DNA from: an uncultured Actinomycetota bacterium
Lineage (GTDB): Bacteria; Actinomycetota; Actinomycetes; JAHEKZ01
Length of the DNA: 64,000 nt
Assembly (NCBI GenBank): GCA_963829525.1
Contig: CAWHIJ010000003.1
Span: forward strand, 480,001 to 544,000
Direction: 5' to 3'
Under the pieces are notes generated by a model. That model made no database searches, had not been told where the DNA came from, and saw only the letters and a program-made list of their open reading frames with translations. Below, in pieces: positions 48,943-60,108 of this stretch. How positions within the stretch are numbered: position 1 is the stretch's first letter; every line of letters begins with the position of its first letter. A program made the position numbers and the translations under genes.

Positions 48943-51273
48943 ATGTCGTTGCTCGCCATGGGACAGGTCTCGATCGACCTGACTTCCCAGCAGCTCACCT
49001 ACGTCGCGATCGTCGCGCTGATCGCGGTCGCCGCGATCGTGTTTGCCGGTGTGCTCGTTCGTCAGGTGCTCGCCGCGCCTGAAGGAACCGAGCGCATGCA
49101 GGAGATCGCCAGGGCCGTGCAAGAGGGAGCGTCGGCGTACCTGGCCCGACAGTTCCGCACCTTGGCCGTATTCGCGGTCGTCGTGTTCTTCCTCCTCTAC
49201 CTCCTTCCGGCTGACACCACGTCTTTGAAGGTCGGCCGCTCCATCTTCTTCATCATCGGTGCTCTCTTCTCGGCAGTGACCGGGTACGTGGGTATGTGGC
49301 TCGCGGTCAGGGCCAACGTCCGTGTAGCAGCGGCCGCCCGCGACGGTGGTGAGCAGTCGGCGATGAAGATCGGCATCCGCACCGGTGGCGTAGCAGGTAT
49401 GTTCACCGTCGGACTTGGCCTGCTCGGCGCGGCCACGGTGGTGCTCATCTACCAGGGCGACGCACCCGTCGTCCTCGAAGGTTTTGGTTTCGGCGCGGCG
49501 ATGCTCGCGATGTTCATGCGTGTTGGTGGCGGAATCTTCACGAAGGCTGCCGACGTCGGCGCCGACCTGGTGGGCAAGGTTGAGCAGGGCATCCCCGAGG
49601 ACGACCCACGCAACGCCGCCACGATCGCCGACAACGTCGGGGATAACGTCGGGGACTGCGCCGGCATGGCAGCCGACCTCTTCGAGTCCTACGCCGTCAC
49701 CCTCGTTGCCGCCTTGATTCTGGGCAAGGCGGCCTTCGGGGACATCGGTTTGGTGTTCCCGCTGATCGTTCCCGCGATCGGTGTCATCACCGCCGTGATC
49801 GGCATCATGTCGATCGTCCCGCGTCCCGGCGACAGGTCTGGCATGACGGCCATCACACGCGGCTTCTTCATCTCGGCCGCTGTCTCGGCCGTACTGGTCA
49901 TCGGAGCGTCATTCTGGCTCATCCCGGCGCGCGCGGTCGACCTCACGGGTGTGGTGGTCGGGGCGGACAGCGCCGTGTTCGCTGCTGTCAACGTCGAGAC
50001 GTACAGCCTACGGGCTCTGACGATTGGGGCCGTGCTCATCGGCATCGTGCTGGCAGCTGCAATCCAACAGCTGACCGGGTACTTCACCGAGACGAACCGC
50101 CGCCCGGTCGACGACGTCGCCAAGTCGTCGCTCACTGGCCCCGCGACGGTCATCTTGTCGGGTATCTCGTTGGGCCTTGAGTCCGCCGTCTACTCCGCAC
50201 TCCTCATTGGGGCGGCCGTCTACGGAGCCTTCCTCCTCGGTGCTGGGTCGATCACCCTCGCGCTCTTCGCGGTCGCCTTGGCAGGAACCGGGTTGCTGAC
50301 CACAGTCGGTGTCATAGTTGCGATGGACACCTTCGGACCGGTCTCCGACAACGCGCAGGGAATCGCGGAGATGTCCGGGGACGTCGACGGTGAGGGCGCC
50401 CAGATACTCACCAGCCTCGACGCGGTGGGAAACACCACCAAGGCAATCACCAAGGGCATCGCGATCGCCACGGCCGTCCTTGCTGCCACCGCCCTGTTCG
50501 GCTCGTTCCGTGAGGGGATCTTGACCGCAGCCAATGACGCAGGTGGTGCGGCGCTCCTGGCGCTGCCGGAGATCGACATCTCGCAATATGCGGGAATCAT
50601 TGACGTCTCCAACCCGCGCAACCTCGTCGGCCTGCTGATCGGTGCAGCGGTTGTCTTCCTGTTCTCCGGTCTGGCCATCAACGCGGTTTCCCGCGCCGCC
50701 GGAGCAGTGATCTTCGAGGTGCGTCGGCAGTTCCGCGAGCACCCCGGGATCATGGACTACAGCGAGCGTCCCCAGTACGGCAAGGTCGTGGACATCGTGA
50801 CCCGAGACTCACTCCGTGAGCTGGCGACGCCGGGTCTGCTCGCGGTGCTGACCCCCATCGCCGTCGGTTTCGGTCTGGGCGTCGGTGCGCTCGGCGCCTT
50901 CCTGGCCGGAACGATTGCTACTGGACTGCTGATGGCGATCTTCCTGGCGAACTCCGGTGGCGCGTGGGACAACGCCAAGAAGTTCGTCGAGGACGGCAAC
51001 TACGGGGGCAAGGGGTCTGAACCCCACGAGGCCACCGTCATCGGTGACACGGTTGGGGACCCGTTCAAGGACACTGCCGGTCCGGCGATCAACCCGCTGA
51101 TCAAGGTGATGAACCTCGTCGCGTTGTTGATTGCTCCCGCGGTTGTCCAGCTCTCGGTCGGTGACGACCAGAACACAGCGCTACGTGTTCTCATCGCTCT
51201 GGCCGCTGTCATCGTCGTCGTTGGTGCCGTCGTCGTCAGCAAGAGAAGGAGCATCACGGTCGGCGAGGAGTGA
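48943..51273 (+). CDS. hppA: Membrane pyrophosphatase, K+-independent H+-pumping type
   Basis: GGGIFTKAADVGADLVGKVE, DNVGDNVGD, GNTTKA (Lys marks the K+-independent class), GDTVGDPFKDT. Confidence 0.96.
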   Translation: MSLLAMGQVSIDLTSQQLTYVAIVALIAVAAIVFAGVLVRQVLAAPEGTERMQEIARAVQEGASAYLARQFRTLAVFAVVVFFLLYLLPADTTSLKVGRSIFFIIGALFSAVTGYVGMWLAVRANVRVAAAARDGGEQSAMKIGIRTGGVAGMFTVGLGLLGAATVVLIYQGDAPVVLEGFGFGAAMLAMFMRVGGGIFTKAADVGADLVGKVEQGIPEDDPRNAATIADNVGDNVGDCAGMAADLFESYAVTLVAALILGKAAFGDIGLVFPLIVPAIGVITAVIGIMSIVPRPGDRSGMTAITRGFFISAAVSAVLVIGASFWLIPARAVDLTGVVVGADSAVFAAVNVETYSLRALTIGAVLIGIVLAAAIQQLTGYFTETNRRPVDDVAKSSLTGPATVILSGISLGLESAVYSALLIGAAVYGAFLLGAGSITLALFAVALAGTGLLTTVGVIVAMDTFGPVSDNAQGIAEMSGDVDGEGAQILTSLDAVGNTTKAITKGIAIATAVLAATALFGSFREGILTAANDAGGAALLALPEIDISQYAGIIDVSNPRNLVGLLIGAAVVFLFSGLAINAVSRAAGAVIFEVRRQFREHPGIMDYSERPQYGKVVDIVTRDSLRELATPGLLAVLTPIAVGFGLGVGALGAFLAGTIATGLLMAIFLANSGGAWDNAKKFVEDGNYGGKGSEPHEATVIGDTVGDPFKDTAGPAINPLIKVMNLVALLIAPAVVQLSVGDDQNTALRVLIALAAVIVVVGAVVVSKRRSITVGEE

Positions 51274-52739
51274 ACCTGGTGCGCCTCCCTGGGGGCGACC
51301 TCCCGGCCCGACTGTCCGATCGGCTGCACGCCCTCGACTACACCGTCGAGGGCGTGCGTCGCTATCTGGGACCAGTGGCCGCAGATGCCCTGGACCGTGC
51401 CGAGACCGTGCCCGCGTCCCGACGACTGGCGGGCGTCGACTCTCCGCTTGGGACAGTGACATGCCTGTTCCTTCTTGGTGAACCCGTTCCTGAGAAGGTG
51501 GCGGCAGCCGCTTTGGAACGCGACGCCGCAGAGCTCGGCGACCTGGTCGAGATCGTCGAAGGCCGGGTCAGGGCGCGCGTTGAGGTGGCTCCCTACGCCG
51601 TGGACGACAAGGACTGGTTCGTCGCGTCTGACTGGTCCGCCAGGCGCACTGGGCGGCCCACAGCCGCCGACCACGTGCTCGGTGTTGGTGGCGCCTCCAC
51701 CATGTTGGCGCAGTACACGGTGCGTATGCCGATTGAGCGCGCGCTCGATCTCGGCACCGGATGCGGGGTACAGGCCTTCCATCTCGCGGGACACGCGGAG
51801 CACGTGGTCGGGACCGACATCAGCGAACGTTGTCTGCAGCTGGCCTCGTTCAACGCTGCCATGAACCGGATTCCGCTCGACCTGCGTCGCGGGAGCCTGT
51901 TCGAACCAGTAGAGCAGGAGCGGTTCGACGTGATCGTGAGCAATCCGCCTTTCGTGATCGGATCTCCCGATGCTGCGCGGCACGACTACCGGGACTCCGG
52001 GCTCGACGGTGACGCGGTCTGCGCGTCAGTGGTCGTCGGCGCCGCTGCTCACCTTGCCGAGTCGGGCTGGTGCCAGTTGTTGGCCAACTGGGAGATCACC
52101 GACGGCGATGACTGGGCGGCACATCCGAGGTCGTGGGTCGCGGCGTCCGGCCTGGACGCGTGGGTCATCCAGCGGGACGTGCAAGACCCTGCGGCCTACA
52201 TCGAGATGTGGCTCCAGGACGCGGGACAGCAGTGGTCGGCGGAGTACCGCGGTCTCTACGACGCGTGGATGTCGAACCTGGAGCGGCGTGGGGTGTTGGG
52301 CGTCGGGTTCGGTCTGATCTCGCTCCGCCGTACCGAGCGTGACTCACCTGTGCGGCGGTTTCAGCATGCTCCTCAGGCCTGGGTGCAGCCGGTGGCGCCC
52401 GATGTCGAGCGGTGGTTCACCGTCCAGGATGCGCTGGCGACAGACCCGGCGAGCGTGCTGATGCAACCTCTGCGCCTGGGCTCGGACGTCGTCGTCGAGC
52501 AGCACCAGGGGGGTGGTGAGGACGAGGCGGTGGTGATCCTGCGGCGATCTGGCGGGATGGGGTGGTCTGGGCCGGTCGACCCGTTCGGGCTCGATCTGCT
52601 GGCCCAATTAGATGGTGTTCGACCGGCTGCGGACGCTGCTCTCACCGCCGCCGCCAAGCACGAGGTCGAGCCTGAGGATGCCCTGGCGGCCGCGGTGCCC
52701 GTTCTCGGACAATTGGCGGTTGAGGGCTTCGTGCTCTGA
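51270..52739 (+). CDS. Class I SAM-dependent methyltransferase (HemK/MTS-like)
   Basis: DHVLGVGGAS, LDLGTGCG, VSNPPF; this gene commonly precedes topA. Confidence 0.88.
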   Translation: MNLVRLPGGDLPARLSDRLHALDYTVEGVRRYLGPVAADALDRAETVPASRRLAGVDSPLGTVTCLFLLGEPVPEKVAAAALERDAAELGDLVEIVEGRVRARVEVAPYAVDDKDWFVASDWSARRTGRPTAADHVLGVGGASTMLAQYTVRMPIERALDLGTGCGVQAFHLAGHAEHVVGTDISERCLQLASFNAAMNRIPLDLRRGSLFEPVEQERFDVIVSNPPFVIGSPDAARHDYRDSGLDGDAVCASVVVGAAAHLAESGWCQLLANWEITDGDDWAAHPRSWVAASGLDAWVIQRDVQDPAAYIEMWLQDAGQQWSAEYRGLYDAWMSNLERRGVLGVGFGLISLRRTERDSPVRRFQHAPQAWVQPVAPDVERWFTVQDALATDPASVLMQPLRLGSDVVVEQHQGGGEDEAVVILRRSGGMGWSGPVDPFGLDLLAQLDGVRPAADAALTAAAKHEVEPEDALAAAVPVLGQLAVEGFVL

Positions 52740-52868
52740 GAGGCCCTCGTGCTGGGCCGGCGACACGCTGCTAGCGTCCCTGTGGTTTGACAAGACCGCC
52801 CCTGGTGCGGTCAGACTCCCCGCGGTGCCTAAATGCGGGGCGCAACCTAATGGTGAGGAGCAACCGAC

Positions 52869-55574
52869 GTGGCGACGAGCGACGAGGGCGTGACGCGACG
52901 CCTGGTGATCGTCGAGTCGCCGGCGAAAGCCAAGACCATCCGCGGGTATCTGGGCGAGGGGTACGAGGTCGAGGCCAGTGTCGGCCATATCCGTGACCTC
53001 CCCAAGAGCGCTGCTGACATCCCCGCGAAGTACAAGAAGGAGAAGTGGGCGAGGCTCGGTGTCGACATCGAGAACGGGTTCGAGCCGCTCTACCTGGTCA
53101 GCCCAGACAAGAAGTCCAAAGTTGCTGAGCTGAAGAGAATGCTCGCCAACGTCGACGAGCTGCTGCTGGCCACGGATGAGGACCGCGAGGGCGAGGCGAT
53201 TGCCTGGCACCTGCTGCAGGTGCTGAAGCCGACGGTGCCTGTGCACCGGATGGTCTTCCACGAGATCACCAAGGACGCCATTCGCGCAGCCGCGGAGTCC
53301 CCCCGCGAACTCGACCAGCGGATGGTCGACGCGCAAGAGGCCCGGCGGATCATCGACCGGCTCTATGGGTACGAGGTCTCACCCGTTCTCTGGAAGAAGG
53401 TCACGACCGGGCTGTCGGCCGGCCGGGTCCAGTCCGTCGCGACCCGCCTGGTCGTCGAGCGTGAGCGCGCCCGCATGGCCTTCATCTCGGCCGGCTACTG
53501 GGACATCGCCGGCACCTTCGACCCGTCGCGGTTCACCGCGACCCTGGTAGCCGTGGACGGTCGCCGCGTCGCACGTGGCAGCGACTTCAACGACCGGGCG
53601 GAGTTGAAGAAGCCTGACGGCATTGTGGTGCTGGACGAGGCCGTCGCGCGTTCGCTTTGTGACTCGCTCACCGGCGTCGCGCTGTCGGTGCGCTCGGTGG
53701 AGGAGAAGCCATACCGGCGCTCACCAGCTGCGCCGTTCATCACCTCCACCCTTCAGCAGGAAGCAAGCCGCAAATTGCGGATGTCGGCGCAGACGGCGAT
53801 GCGCGTCGCCCAGCGACTGTACGAGAACGGCTACATCACCTATATGCGTACCGACTCGACGACACTGTCGGCGACAGCGGTCGCGGCGGCACGAGCTCAG
53901 GTGACCGAGCTCTACGGCGCCGACCATGTGAGCGACAAGCCGCGGTCGTGGGCCAAGAAAGTCAAGAACGCGCAGGAGGCCCACGAGGCGGTTCGGCCTG
54001 CCGGTGACACCTTTCGCACTCCCGGTGAGCTCGGGGCAGAGCTGTCACCAGACGAGCTCAAGCTCTACGAGTTGATCTGGAAGCGCACGCTGGCGTCGCA
54101 GATGTCAGACGCTCGCGGAACCACGATGAGCGTGCGTTTCGGCGGAGTCGCCAATGATGGACGCGACGCTGAGTTCTCCGCGACCGGGACCGTCATCACG
54201 CACCGCGGTTTCCTGGCCGTTTACGAAGAGGGTAAGGACGCCGACGCTGAAGCTGCCGACGACGAGGACGAGCGCCGACTGCCAGCGCTGAGCGAGGGCG
54301 AAACGATAACCGCACTTGAGTTGGAGGCGGAGGGTCACGCCACCAATCCGCCGGCTCGTTACACCGAGGCGAGTTTGGTCAAGGCGCTCGAGGAGCGCGG
54401 CATCGGACGCCCATCGACCTATGCGGCGACGATCAGCACCATCGTCGATCGCGGGTACGTCTTCAAACGCGGAACTGCACTTGTCCCTTCGTTCCTCGCC
54501 TTCAGTGTTGTCAATCTCATGGAGCGGCACTTCGCCGACCTCGTCGATTACGGCTTCACCGCTCGCATGGAGGAGATCCTCGACCTCGTCGCCGCTGGCG
54601 AGACGCCGCGGCAGCGCGTGCTTGAAGGGTTCTATTTCGGCGACGCGGGCCGCGACTTCCCGGGGCTGCATCCTCTCGTCGGCAACCTGGGCGAGATCGA
54701 TGCCCGGGAGGTCAACTCGATGCCGCTCGGCGACGGCATCGTGTTGAGGGTCGGACGCTATGGCCCCTACGTGCAGCGCGGTGAAGGCGACGCTCTCGAG
54801 CGCGCCAACGTGCCTCACGACATGACCCCGGACGAGCTGACCATCGTCAAGGCTCATGAGCTGCTCGATGCTCCGTCAGGAGACCGTGAGCTAGGTGTGC
54901 ATCCGGAAACCGGACGTCAGATCGTGGCCAAGTCGGGAAGGTACGGCCCCTACGTCACCGAGATCCTGCCCGACGATGTGCCCAAGACGGGCAAGAACGC
55001 TGTCAAGCCGCACACGGCGTCCTTGCTGTCGACGATGGCGCTTGACACTGTCACGATCGACGACGCCGTCCGCCTCCTGTCGCTGCCGCGTGTGGTTGGA
55101 GTCGATCCGTCCGACGATGCGCAGATCACGGTGCAGAACGGCCGATATGGGCCGTACTTGAAGAAGGGCACCGACTCTCGGTCGTTGGAGTCCGAAGAGC
55201 AGATGTTCACCGTCACCCTCGACGAGGCATTGGCGATCTACGCCCAGCCGAAGCAGCGGGGAAGGCGCGCTGCAGCGCCGCCGCTACGCGACCTCGGCCC
55301 CGATCCCGTGACTGGCCTCACGGTCTTGGTCAAAGACGGCCGCTTCGGGCCTTACGCCACTGACGGCGAGACAAACGCGACCCTCCGCCGAACAGACGCA
55401 CCAGAGACGATCACCATTGAGCGAGCAGCCGAGCTGCTCGCTGACAAGCGTGCCCAGGGGCCTTCCACAAAGAAGCGGACCACCAAGAAGGCGGCGCCGC
55501 GCACCACCAAGCGGACGGTCAAGAAGGGCGCAGCCAAGAAGAGTGCAGCCAAGAAGACGGCTGCCAAGAAGTAG
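52869..55574 (+). CDS. topA: DNA topoisomerase I
   Basis: IVESPAKAKTI, ATDEDREGE, SAGRVQS, ITYMRTDS, GRYGPY repeats, Lys-rich tail. Confidence 0.98.
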   Translation: MATSDEGVTRRLVIVESPAKAKTIRGYLGEGYEVEASVGHIRDLPKSAADIPAKYKKEKWARLGVDIENGFEPLYLVSPDKKSKVAELKRMLANVDELLLATDEDREGEAIAWHLLQVLKPTVPVHRMVFHEITKDAIRAAAESPRELDQRMVDAQEARRIIDRLYGYEVSPVLWKKVTTGLSAGRVQSVATRLVVERERARMAFISAGYWDIAGTFDPSRFTATLVAVDGRRVARGSDFNDRAELKKPDGIVVLDEAVARSLCDSLTGVALSVRSVEEKPYRRSPAAPFITSTLQQEASRKLRMSAQTAMRVAQRLYENGYITYMRTDSTTLSATAVAAARAQVTELYGADHVSDKPRSWAKKVKNAQEAHEAVRPAGDTFRTPGELGAELSPDELKLYELIWKRTLASQMSDARGTTMSVRFGGVANDGRDAEFSATGTVITHRGFLAVYEEGKDADAEAADDEDERRLPALSEGETITALELEAEGHATNPPARYTEASLVKALEERGIGRPSTYAATISTIVDRGYVFKRGTALVPSFLAFSVVNLMERHFADLVDYGFTARMEEILDLVAAGETPRQRVLEGFYFGDAGRDFPGLHPLVGNLGEIDAREVNSMPLGDGIVLRVGRYGPYVQRGEGDALERANVPHDMTPDELTIVKAHELLDAPSGDRELGVHPETGRQIVAKSGRYGPYVTEILPDDVPKTGKNAVKPHTASLLSTMALDTVTIDDAVRLLSLPRVVGVDPSDDAQITVQNGRYGPYLKKGTDSRSLESEEQMFTVTLDEALAIYAQPKQRGRRAAAPPLRDLGPDPVTGLTVLVKDGRFGPYATDGETNATLRRTDAPETITIERAAELLADKRAQGPSTKKRTTKKAAPRTTKRTVKKGAAKKSAAKKTAAKK

Positions 55575-55678
55575 TCATCAAGAAGTAACCGCAGAAGCTC
55601 ACTTGGCATGCCTTCCCGCACTCAGGGGGATGGCCGGCTCGCCTTGGGAGGGTCGGGGGGTCGGGATAGATTGGCCCG

Positions 55679-56305
55679 GTGCCTCCATCCAGCCCTGGTC
55701 TCTTCGTCGCCTTCGAGGGCGGGGAAGGCGCTGGCAAGAGCACCCAGGTCGAGCTGCTCGCCAAGGCCCTGAGCGAGCAGGGGCACGAGGTGGTGACCAC
55801 CTTCGAGCCGGGCGACACAGAGGTAGGACGTCAGCTGCGCGAGATCTTGCTCGGTCACCAGACGGGGGCGATCAATCCGCGCACGGAGGCGCTCCTCTAT
55901 GCGGCCGACAGGGCCGAGCACGTGGCGTCGGTGGTGGAGCCGGCCCTCCACCGGGGCGCGGTCTGCATCACCGACCGGTACATCGACTCCTCCATCGCCT
56001 ACCAAGGCGCTGGACGCACCCTCGAGCCGGCCGATATCGAGAACATCTCGAAGTGGGCGACTGGTGAGCTGTGGCCCGACATCACCATCCTTCTCGATAT
56101 CGATCCGGCGATCGGGCTCACTCGCTTCGACACTCCTGCCGATCGTCTCGAAGCCGAACCGCTCGCATTTCATCAGCGAGTACGTGAGCATTTCCTGGCA
56201 CTGAGTGCAAGAAGGCCGGAGCGGTACCTCGTCGTGGATGCGGTGGCGTCGGCCGATGCTGTCTTCAGCGCCGCGTACGCAGCAGTGCAGAAGCGTCTGC
56301 CATGA
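55679..56305 (+). CDS. tmk: Thymidylate kinase
   Basis: FEGGEGAGKSTQ, LYAADRAEH, DRYIDSSIAYQG. Confidence 0.97.
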   Translation: MPPSSPGLFVAFEGGEGAGKSTQVELLAKALSEQGHEVVTTFEPGDTEVGRQLREILLGHQTGAINPRTEALLYAADRAEHVASVVEPALHRGAVCITDRYIDSSIAYQGAGRTLEPADIENISKWATGELWPDITILLDIDPAIGLTRFDTPADRLEAEPLAFHQRVREHFLALSARRPERYLVVDAVASADAVFSAAYAAVQKRLP

Positions 56306-57453
56306 CCGTCTTCGACGCTCTGGTGGGCCAGGCACGAGCCGTCGAGACTTTGGCTCGCGCGGTGAAAGATGCTGCCTTGCCGTCGCCTGGGTCGGCAATG
56401 ACCCACGCCTGGCTCTTCACTGGGCCTCCTGGGTCGGGCCGGTCCGTAGCGGCCAACGCCTTCGCTGCGGCACTCGTCTGCCCACAGGCTGGTTGTGGAC
56501 ACTGCCCTGACTGCCACACCGCACTGCTTGGTACGCACTCTGACGTCGAACACGTCTCCACCGAGTCGATGACGATCTCGGTCGAGCGTGCGCGGTCGCT
56601 CGTCCTCGAGGCATCCACCGCGCCTTCGGTCGCCCGCTGGCGGGTCATAGTTCTTGAGGACGCAGACCGGCTCACCGAGGCTGCCAACAACGCTCTGCTG
56701 AAGTCACTGGAGGAGCCGACACCGCACACCGTCTGGCTGCTCTGCGCGCCTTCCATGGAAGATGTCCTCCCGACCATCAGGTCGCGATGCCGCCACGTAG
56801 TGCTGAACACTCCCACAACGGCCGACGTCGCCCGCCATCTCGTCGAGCGTGACGGCGTGGACGAGGCCATGGCCTCCTTTGCTGCACGTGCGTCCATGGG
56901 TCACATCGGTCGCGCGAGAGGGCTGGCCCGCGACGAGCGGGCGAGGATAACCAGGGCGGCGACTCTTTCGTTACCTGTCAATGTGGCCTCGCTGGGCTCA
57001 GCACTGCTTTCGGCGCGCGAGCTGGTGGATGCGGCCGCCGAGCGAGGCGGTGAGCGAACCAAATCGGTCGATGAGAAGGAGCGCGCTGAGCTGGCACGCG
57101 GGATGGGCGTTGAGAACCCCGAGCGCCCCCCCAAATGGGCTCGAAGCGACTTCAAGCGACTCAAGGACGGACAGGACAAGCGGCGTAAGCGTGCGACCAT
57201 TGACGAGCTCGACCGTGATCTGCAGGACCTCCTAGCCTTCTACCGCGATGTACTCGTCGTGCAGGTCGGCGGCCATGTGGCTCTCGTCAACGCCGAAATG
57301 CGGCAAAGCATCGAGAAGGTTGCTGGACGATGCGAGCCAGAGATGACGATGCGAGCGATGGAAGCGATACTTGAAGCTCGCGAAAAGATTGCAGCGTACG
57401 TAACTCCACTGCTTGCAGTGGAGGAGTTGGCTCTGGCGCTGCGCGCCAGCTAA
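56302..57453 (+). CDS. holB: DNA polymerase III subunit delta'
   Basis: MTHAWLFTGPPGSGRS, zinc Cys cluster, NALLKSLEEP, TIRSRC. Confidence 0.96.
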   Translation: MTVFDALVGQARAVETLARAVKDAALPSPGSAMTHAWLFTGPPGSGRSVAANAFAAALVCPQAGCGHCPDCHTALLGTHSDVEHVSTESMTISVERARSLVLEASTAPSVARWRVIVLEDADRLTEAANNALLKSLEEPTPHTVWLLCAPSMEDVLPTIRSRCRHVVLNTPTTADVARHLVERDGVDEAMASFAARASMGHIGRARGLARDERARITRAATLSLPVNVASLGSALLSARELVDAAAERGGERTKSVDEKERAELARGMGVENPERPPKWARSDFKRLKDGQDKRRKRATIDELDRDLQDLLAFYRDVLVVQVGGHVALVNAEMRQSIEKVAGRCEPEMTMRAMEAILEAREKIAAYVTPLLAVEELALALRAS

Positions 57454-57465
57454 TCGGGAGGTCAC

Positions 57466-58152
57466 ATGCAGGTCGAACTGCGCCACCAGCCGAGCTTTTC
57501 GGTCGCTCGTATCCACCTCGCACCCGGCGAACAGGTTCGCGCGGAGTCGGGGGCGATGGCGATGCACTCGTTCGGGGTCACTGTTGACGCCCAGATGCAG
57601 GGTGGGTTGAAGGGTGCGTTCAAGAGAGGTGTCATGGGTGGTGAGTCGTTATTCGTCACTACCTTCACCGGGCATCCCCAGTCTCCGACGTGGGTCGACG
57701 TTGCAGCTAACCTCCCCGGCGACATCTGGGTGGCGGAGGTTGTCCCCGGGCGGGCACTCGTGGTGACGCGAGGCTCTTGGCTGGCCAACGCGGCGGGCAT
57801 CGACCTTGATACGAAATGGGGCGGAGCGAAGATGTTCGGCGGTGGTGAGGGAGCCTTTGTGCTGCACGCCACGGGCGAGGGCCCCATCGTTTTGGCCGCG
57901 TACGGTGCGATGGATGTTCACGATCTGCAGCAGGGGCAGGGTTTCACCGTTGACTCCGGTCACCTCGTGGCTTACGACGACACGATCTCGGTCCAGACCC
58001 GCAAGGCGACGTCGGGGATCATGGCGACGATGAAGTCCGGTGAGGGCCTCGTGATGGACTTCCAAGGCCCCGGTCGTGTCGTGACCCAGAGCCGCAACCC
58101 CAACGGCCTGATCAACTGGCTGCAGTCGGTCCTTCCAGGCAGTCGCGGTTGA
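57466..58152 (+). CDS. TIGR00266/AIM24 family protein
   Basis: RAESGAM, GGESLF, GGEG.F, VDSGHLVA, SGEGLV..F.GPG.V..QSRN. Confidence 0.9.
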   Translation: MQVELRHQPSFSVARIHLAPGEQVRAESGAMAMHSFGVTVDAQMQGGLKGAFKRGVMGGESLFVTTFTGHPQSPTWVDVAANLPGDIWVAEVVPGRALVVTRGSWLANAAGIDLDTKWGGAKMFGGGEGAFVLHATGEGPIVLAAYGAMDVHDLQQGQGFTVDSGHLVAYDDTISVQTRKATSGIMATMKSGEGLVMDFQGPGRVVTQSRNPNGLINWLQSVLPGSRG

Positions 58153-59664
58153 TCCGGCGGCTCGTGCTGGGGGCGGCGGCCGGCCTGCTCTTGGCTGGGT
58201 GCACCTCCGGCGAGCCAGAGGTGACCGCATCTCCCGTACCGAGTCCGAGCGCTACGACTGAAGCGCCAAGTGCCCTCCGGCCCTTCTATGAACAACGGGC
58301 TGAGTGGGCAGAGTGTGGGCAGTTCGACTGCGCCACCCTCCAAGCGCCACTCGACTATCGCCAGCCTGGCGCTGGCTCGATTGATCTCGCGATGCTCAGG
58401 CGACCAGCTGACAACCAGGACGAGAAACTCGGCTCACTCTTCGTCAACCCGGGTGGCCCCGGCGTCTCGGGGATCGGCTACGCCAAGCTTGCTGAGGTGC
58501 TTTTCACTGAGCCGGTTCTCGAGCACTACGACATCGTGGGGTGGGACCCAAGAGGCGTGGGCGAGAGCACAGCCATCTCGTGCATGACCGATGAAGAGAC
58601 CGACATCTACTACGAGACGGACGGCACACCTGACACTGCTGCTGAGGTGCGCGACCTCGTTCGGCTGAACGAGCGGTTCACCAAAGGGTGCGTAGCCGAT
58701 GACGCCGCCCTGATTCCGCAGCTGGGCACCTTCAGTTCCGCGCGAGACATCGACATTCTGCGTGCGGCCGTGGACGAACCGCGCCTCAACTACTTCGGTG
58801 CCAGCTACGGCACAGAGCTGGGAGCGATCTACGCCGAGCTCTTTCCACAGCGGGTTGGTCGCATGGTTCTGGACGCCGCACTCGACCCGGCCGTCACCGC
58901 TCAAGATCTCTCACGTGGACAGCTCCGAGGATTCCAGGGTGCGACTCAGGCGTTCATCGAGGACTGCATCGCGCGCGAGGGCTGCGCTGTCGGGCCCACA
59001 TCGGCAGAGGCTGAAGCGCAGTTGGCCGACCTGCTCCTTGAGCTAGACACCGCTCCGCTCCCCACTGACTCCGGGCGTCCCCTGACAGAGTCGCTTGCCA
59101 CCGTCGGCATGATCTCGGCCATGTACAGCGAGTCGTCAGGGTGGCCATCGTTGCGGCTGGGACTGTCTCAGGCATTCAGTGGAGACGGCACGGTCCTTCT
59201 TGGCTTTGGCCGACGCCTACACGGAACGAAACGCTGACGGCACCTACGCATCAAACGTCAACTCTGCGTTTCCGGCAATCAGCTGCACCGATCGCCCGGG
59301 TACCTCGTCAGTGGCGGAGGCCAAGCGCCTCTCCCGAAAGTACGAGCAGATCTCACCGATCTTCGGCCGCACGTTCGCCTGGGGCGCGGTTTCTTGTCGA
59401 GACTGGCCGGTAAAGAAAGGTGCCTTCCCCACTTCGGCTGTTGCCAAAGGCGCCGATCCCATCGTTGTGATCGGTACGACTCGCGACCCTGCGACGCCCT
59501 ACGCCTGGTCAGTCAGTCTGGCCAAGTCTTTGGAGAACGGCGTCCTGATTTCTCGGGACGGCGACGGGCACACCGGCTACAACGCCGGTAACACGTGCGT
59601 CGATGACGCCGTCGATGCCTACCTTGTGGGCGGCGTCGTTCCGAACGACCCGACCGGTTGCTGA
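58149..59664 (+). pseudogene. TAP-like (Hip1-type) alpha/beta-hydrolase lipoprotein with a +1 frameshift near 59202
   Basis: Lipobox LAGC, NPGGPG, DPRGVG and GASYG in the first frame; DPATPY and GDGH in the second. Removing one base restores GDGTVLLALADAY. Confidence 0.85.
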
Positions 59665-59777
59665 GCCAGCGGTTGGTGGGGCGGGCGTTGGGCGTAACTG
59701 GCCTGTTTCGCGGGTCCCTACGAGCATGGCTGCACGCCGTCGGTAGACTCTGGGCCCTGGCCTGCCCTGCAGGACAC

Positions 59778-59854
59778 GCCGCCTTAGCTCAGTCGGCTAG
59801 AGCGACGCACTCGTAATGCGTAGGTCATCGGTTCGACTCCGATAGGCGGCTCCA
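59778..59854 (+). tRNA. tRNA-Thr (anticodon CGT) with encoded CCA
   Basis: GCCGCCTTAGCTCAGTCGGCTAGAGCGACGCACTCGTAATGCGTAGGTCATCGGTTCGACTCCGATAGGCGGCTCCA folds as a cloverleaf. Confidence 0.97.
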
Positions 59855-59950
59855 CAGTCTGATCCCCGGAATCCCGTATTGGCGATTGGCCAAGGTGGAG
59901 ACCAGCTACACGGGCAACGAATTGCCGGAAGTTTGTTTCTTACGTACTCT

Positions 59951-60048
59951 GTGGGTAAGGGGAGTACCTCGCCAAGCGCGCTTCGTCAGTCCGGTGGTCC
60001 ATTGGTCACCCGGAGCGCCGCCCGGACGCCCGGGTGAGGGAGACCGTC
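59951..60048 (+). ncRNA. yybP-ykoY (Mn2+)-like riboswitch
   Basis: GGT-AAGGGGAGTA...CGTCAGT...GAGACC hallmark blocks; stems CCTCGCC/GGTGAGG, GCGCTT/GAGCGC and CCGG..CCGG; upstream of an ion-transport gene. Confidence 0.75.
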
Positions 60049-60108
60049 GTATCTGCGGCTCATGCCGCGACCGGTCCCGAAGGGCCCGCCCGTGAATGTC
60101 GTGAACCG

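Noticed and set aside
55455-55574. Low-complexity repeats (TopA Lys/Ala tail; also the PonA2 Pro/Gly/Asn tail and DnaX Pro/Ala linker)
   Set aside because: Well-known features of these actinobacterial proteins.
59190-59215. Programmed ribosomal frameshift in the TAP-like peptidase
   Set aside because: No slippery heptamer or long homopolymer; a single-base insertion explains it.
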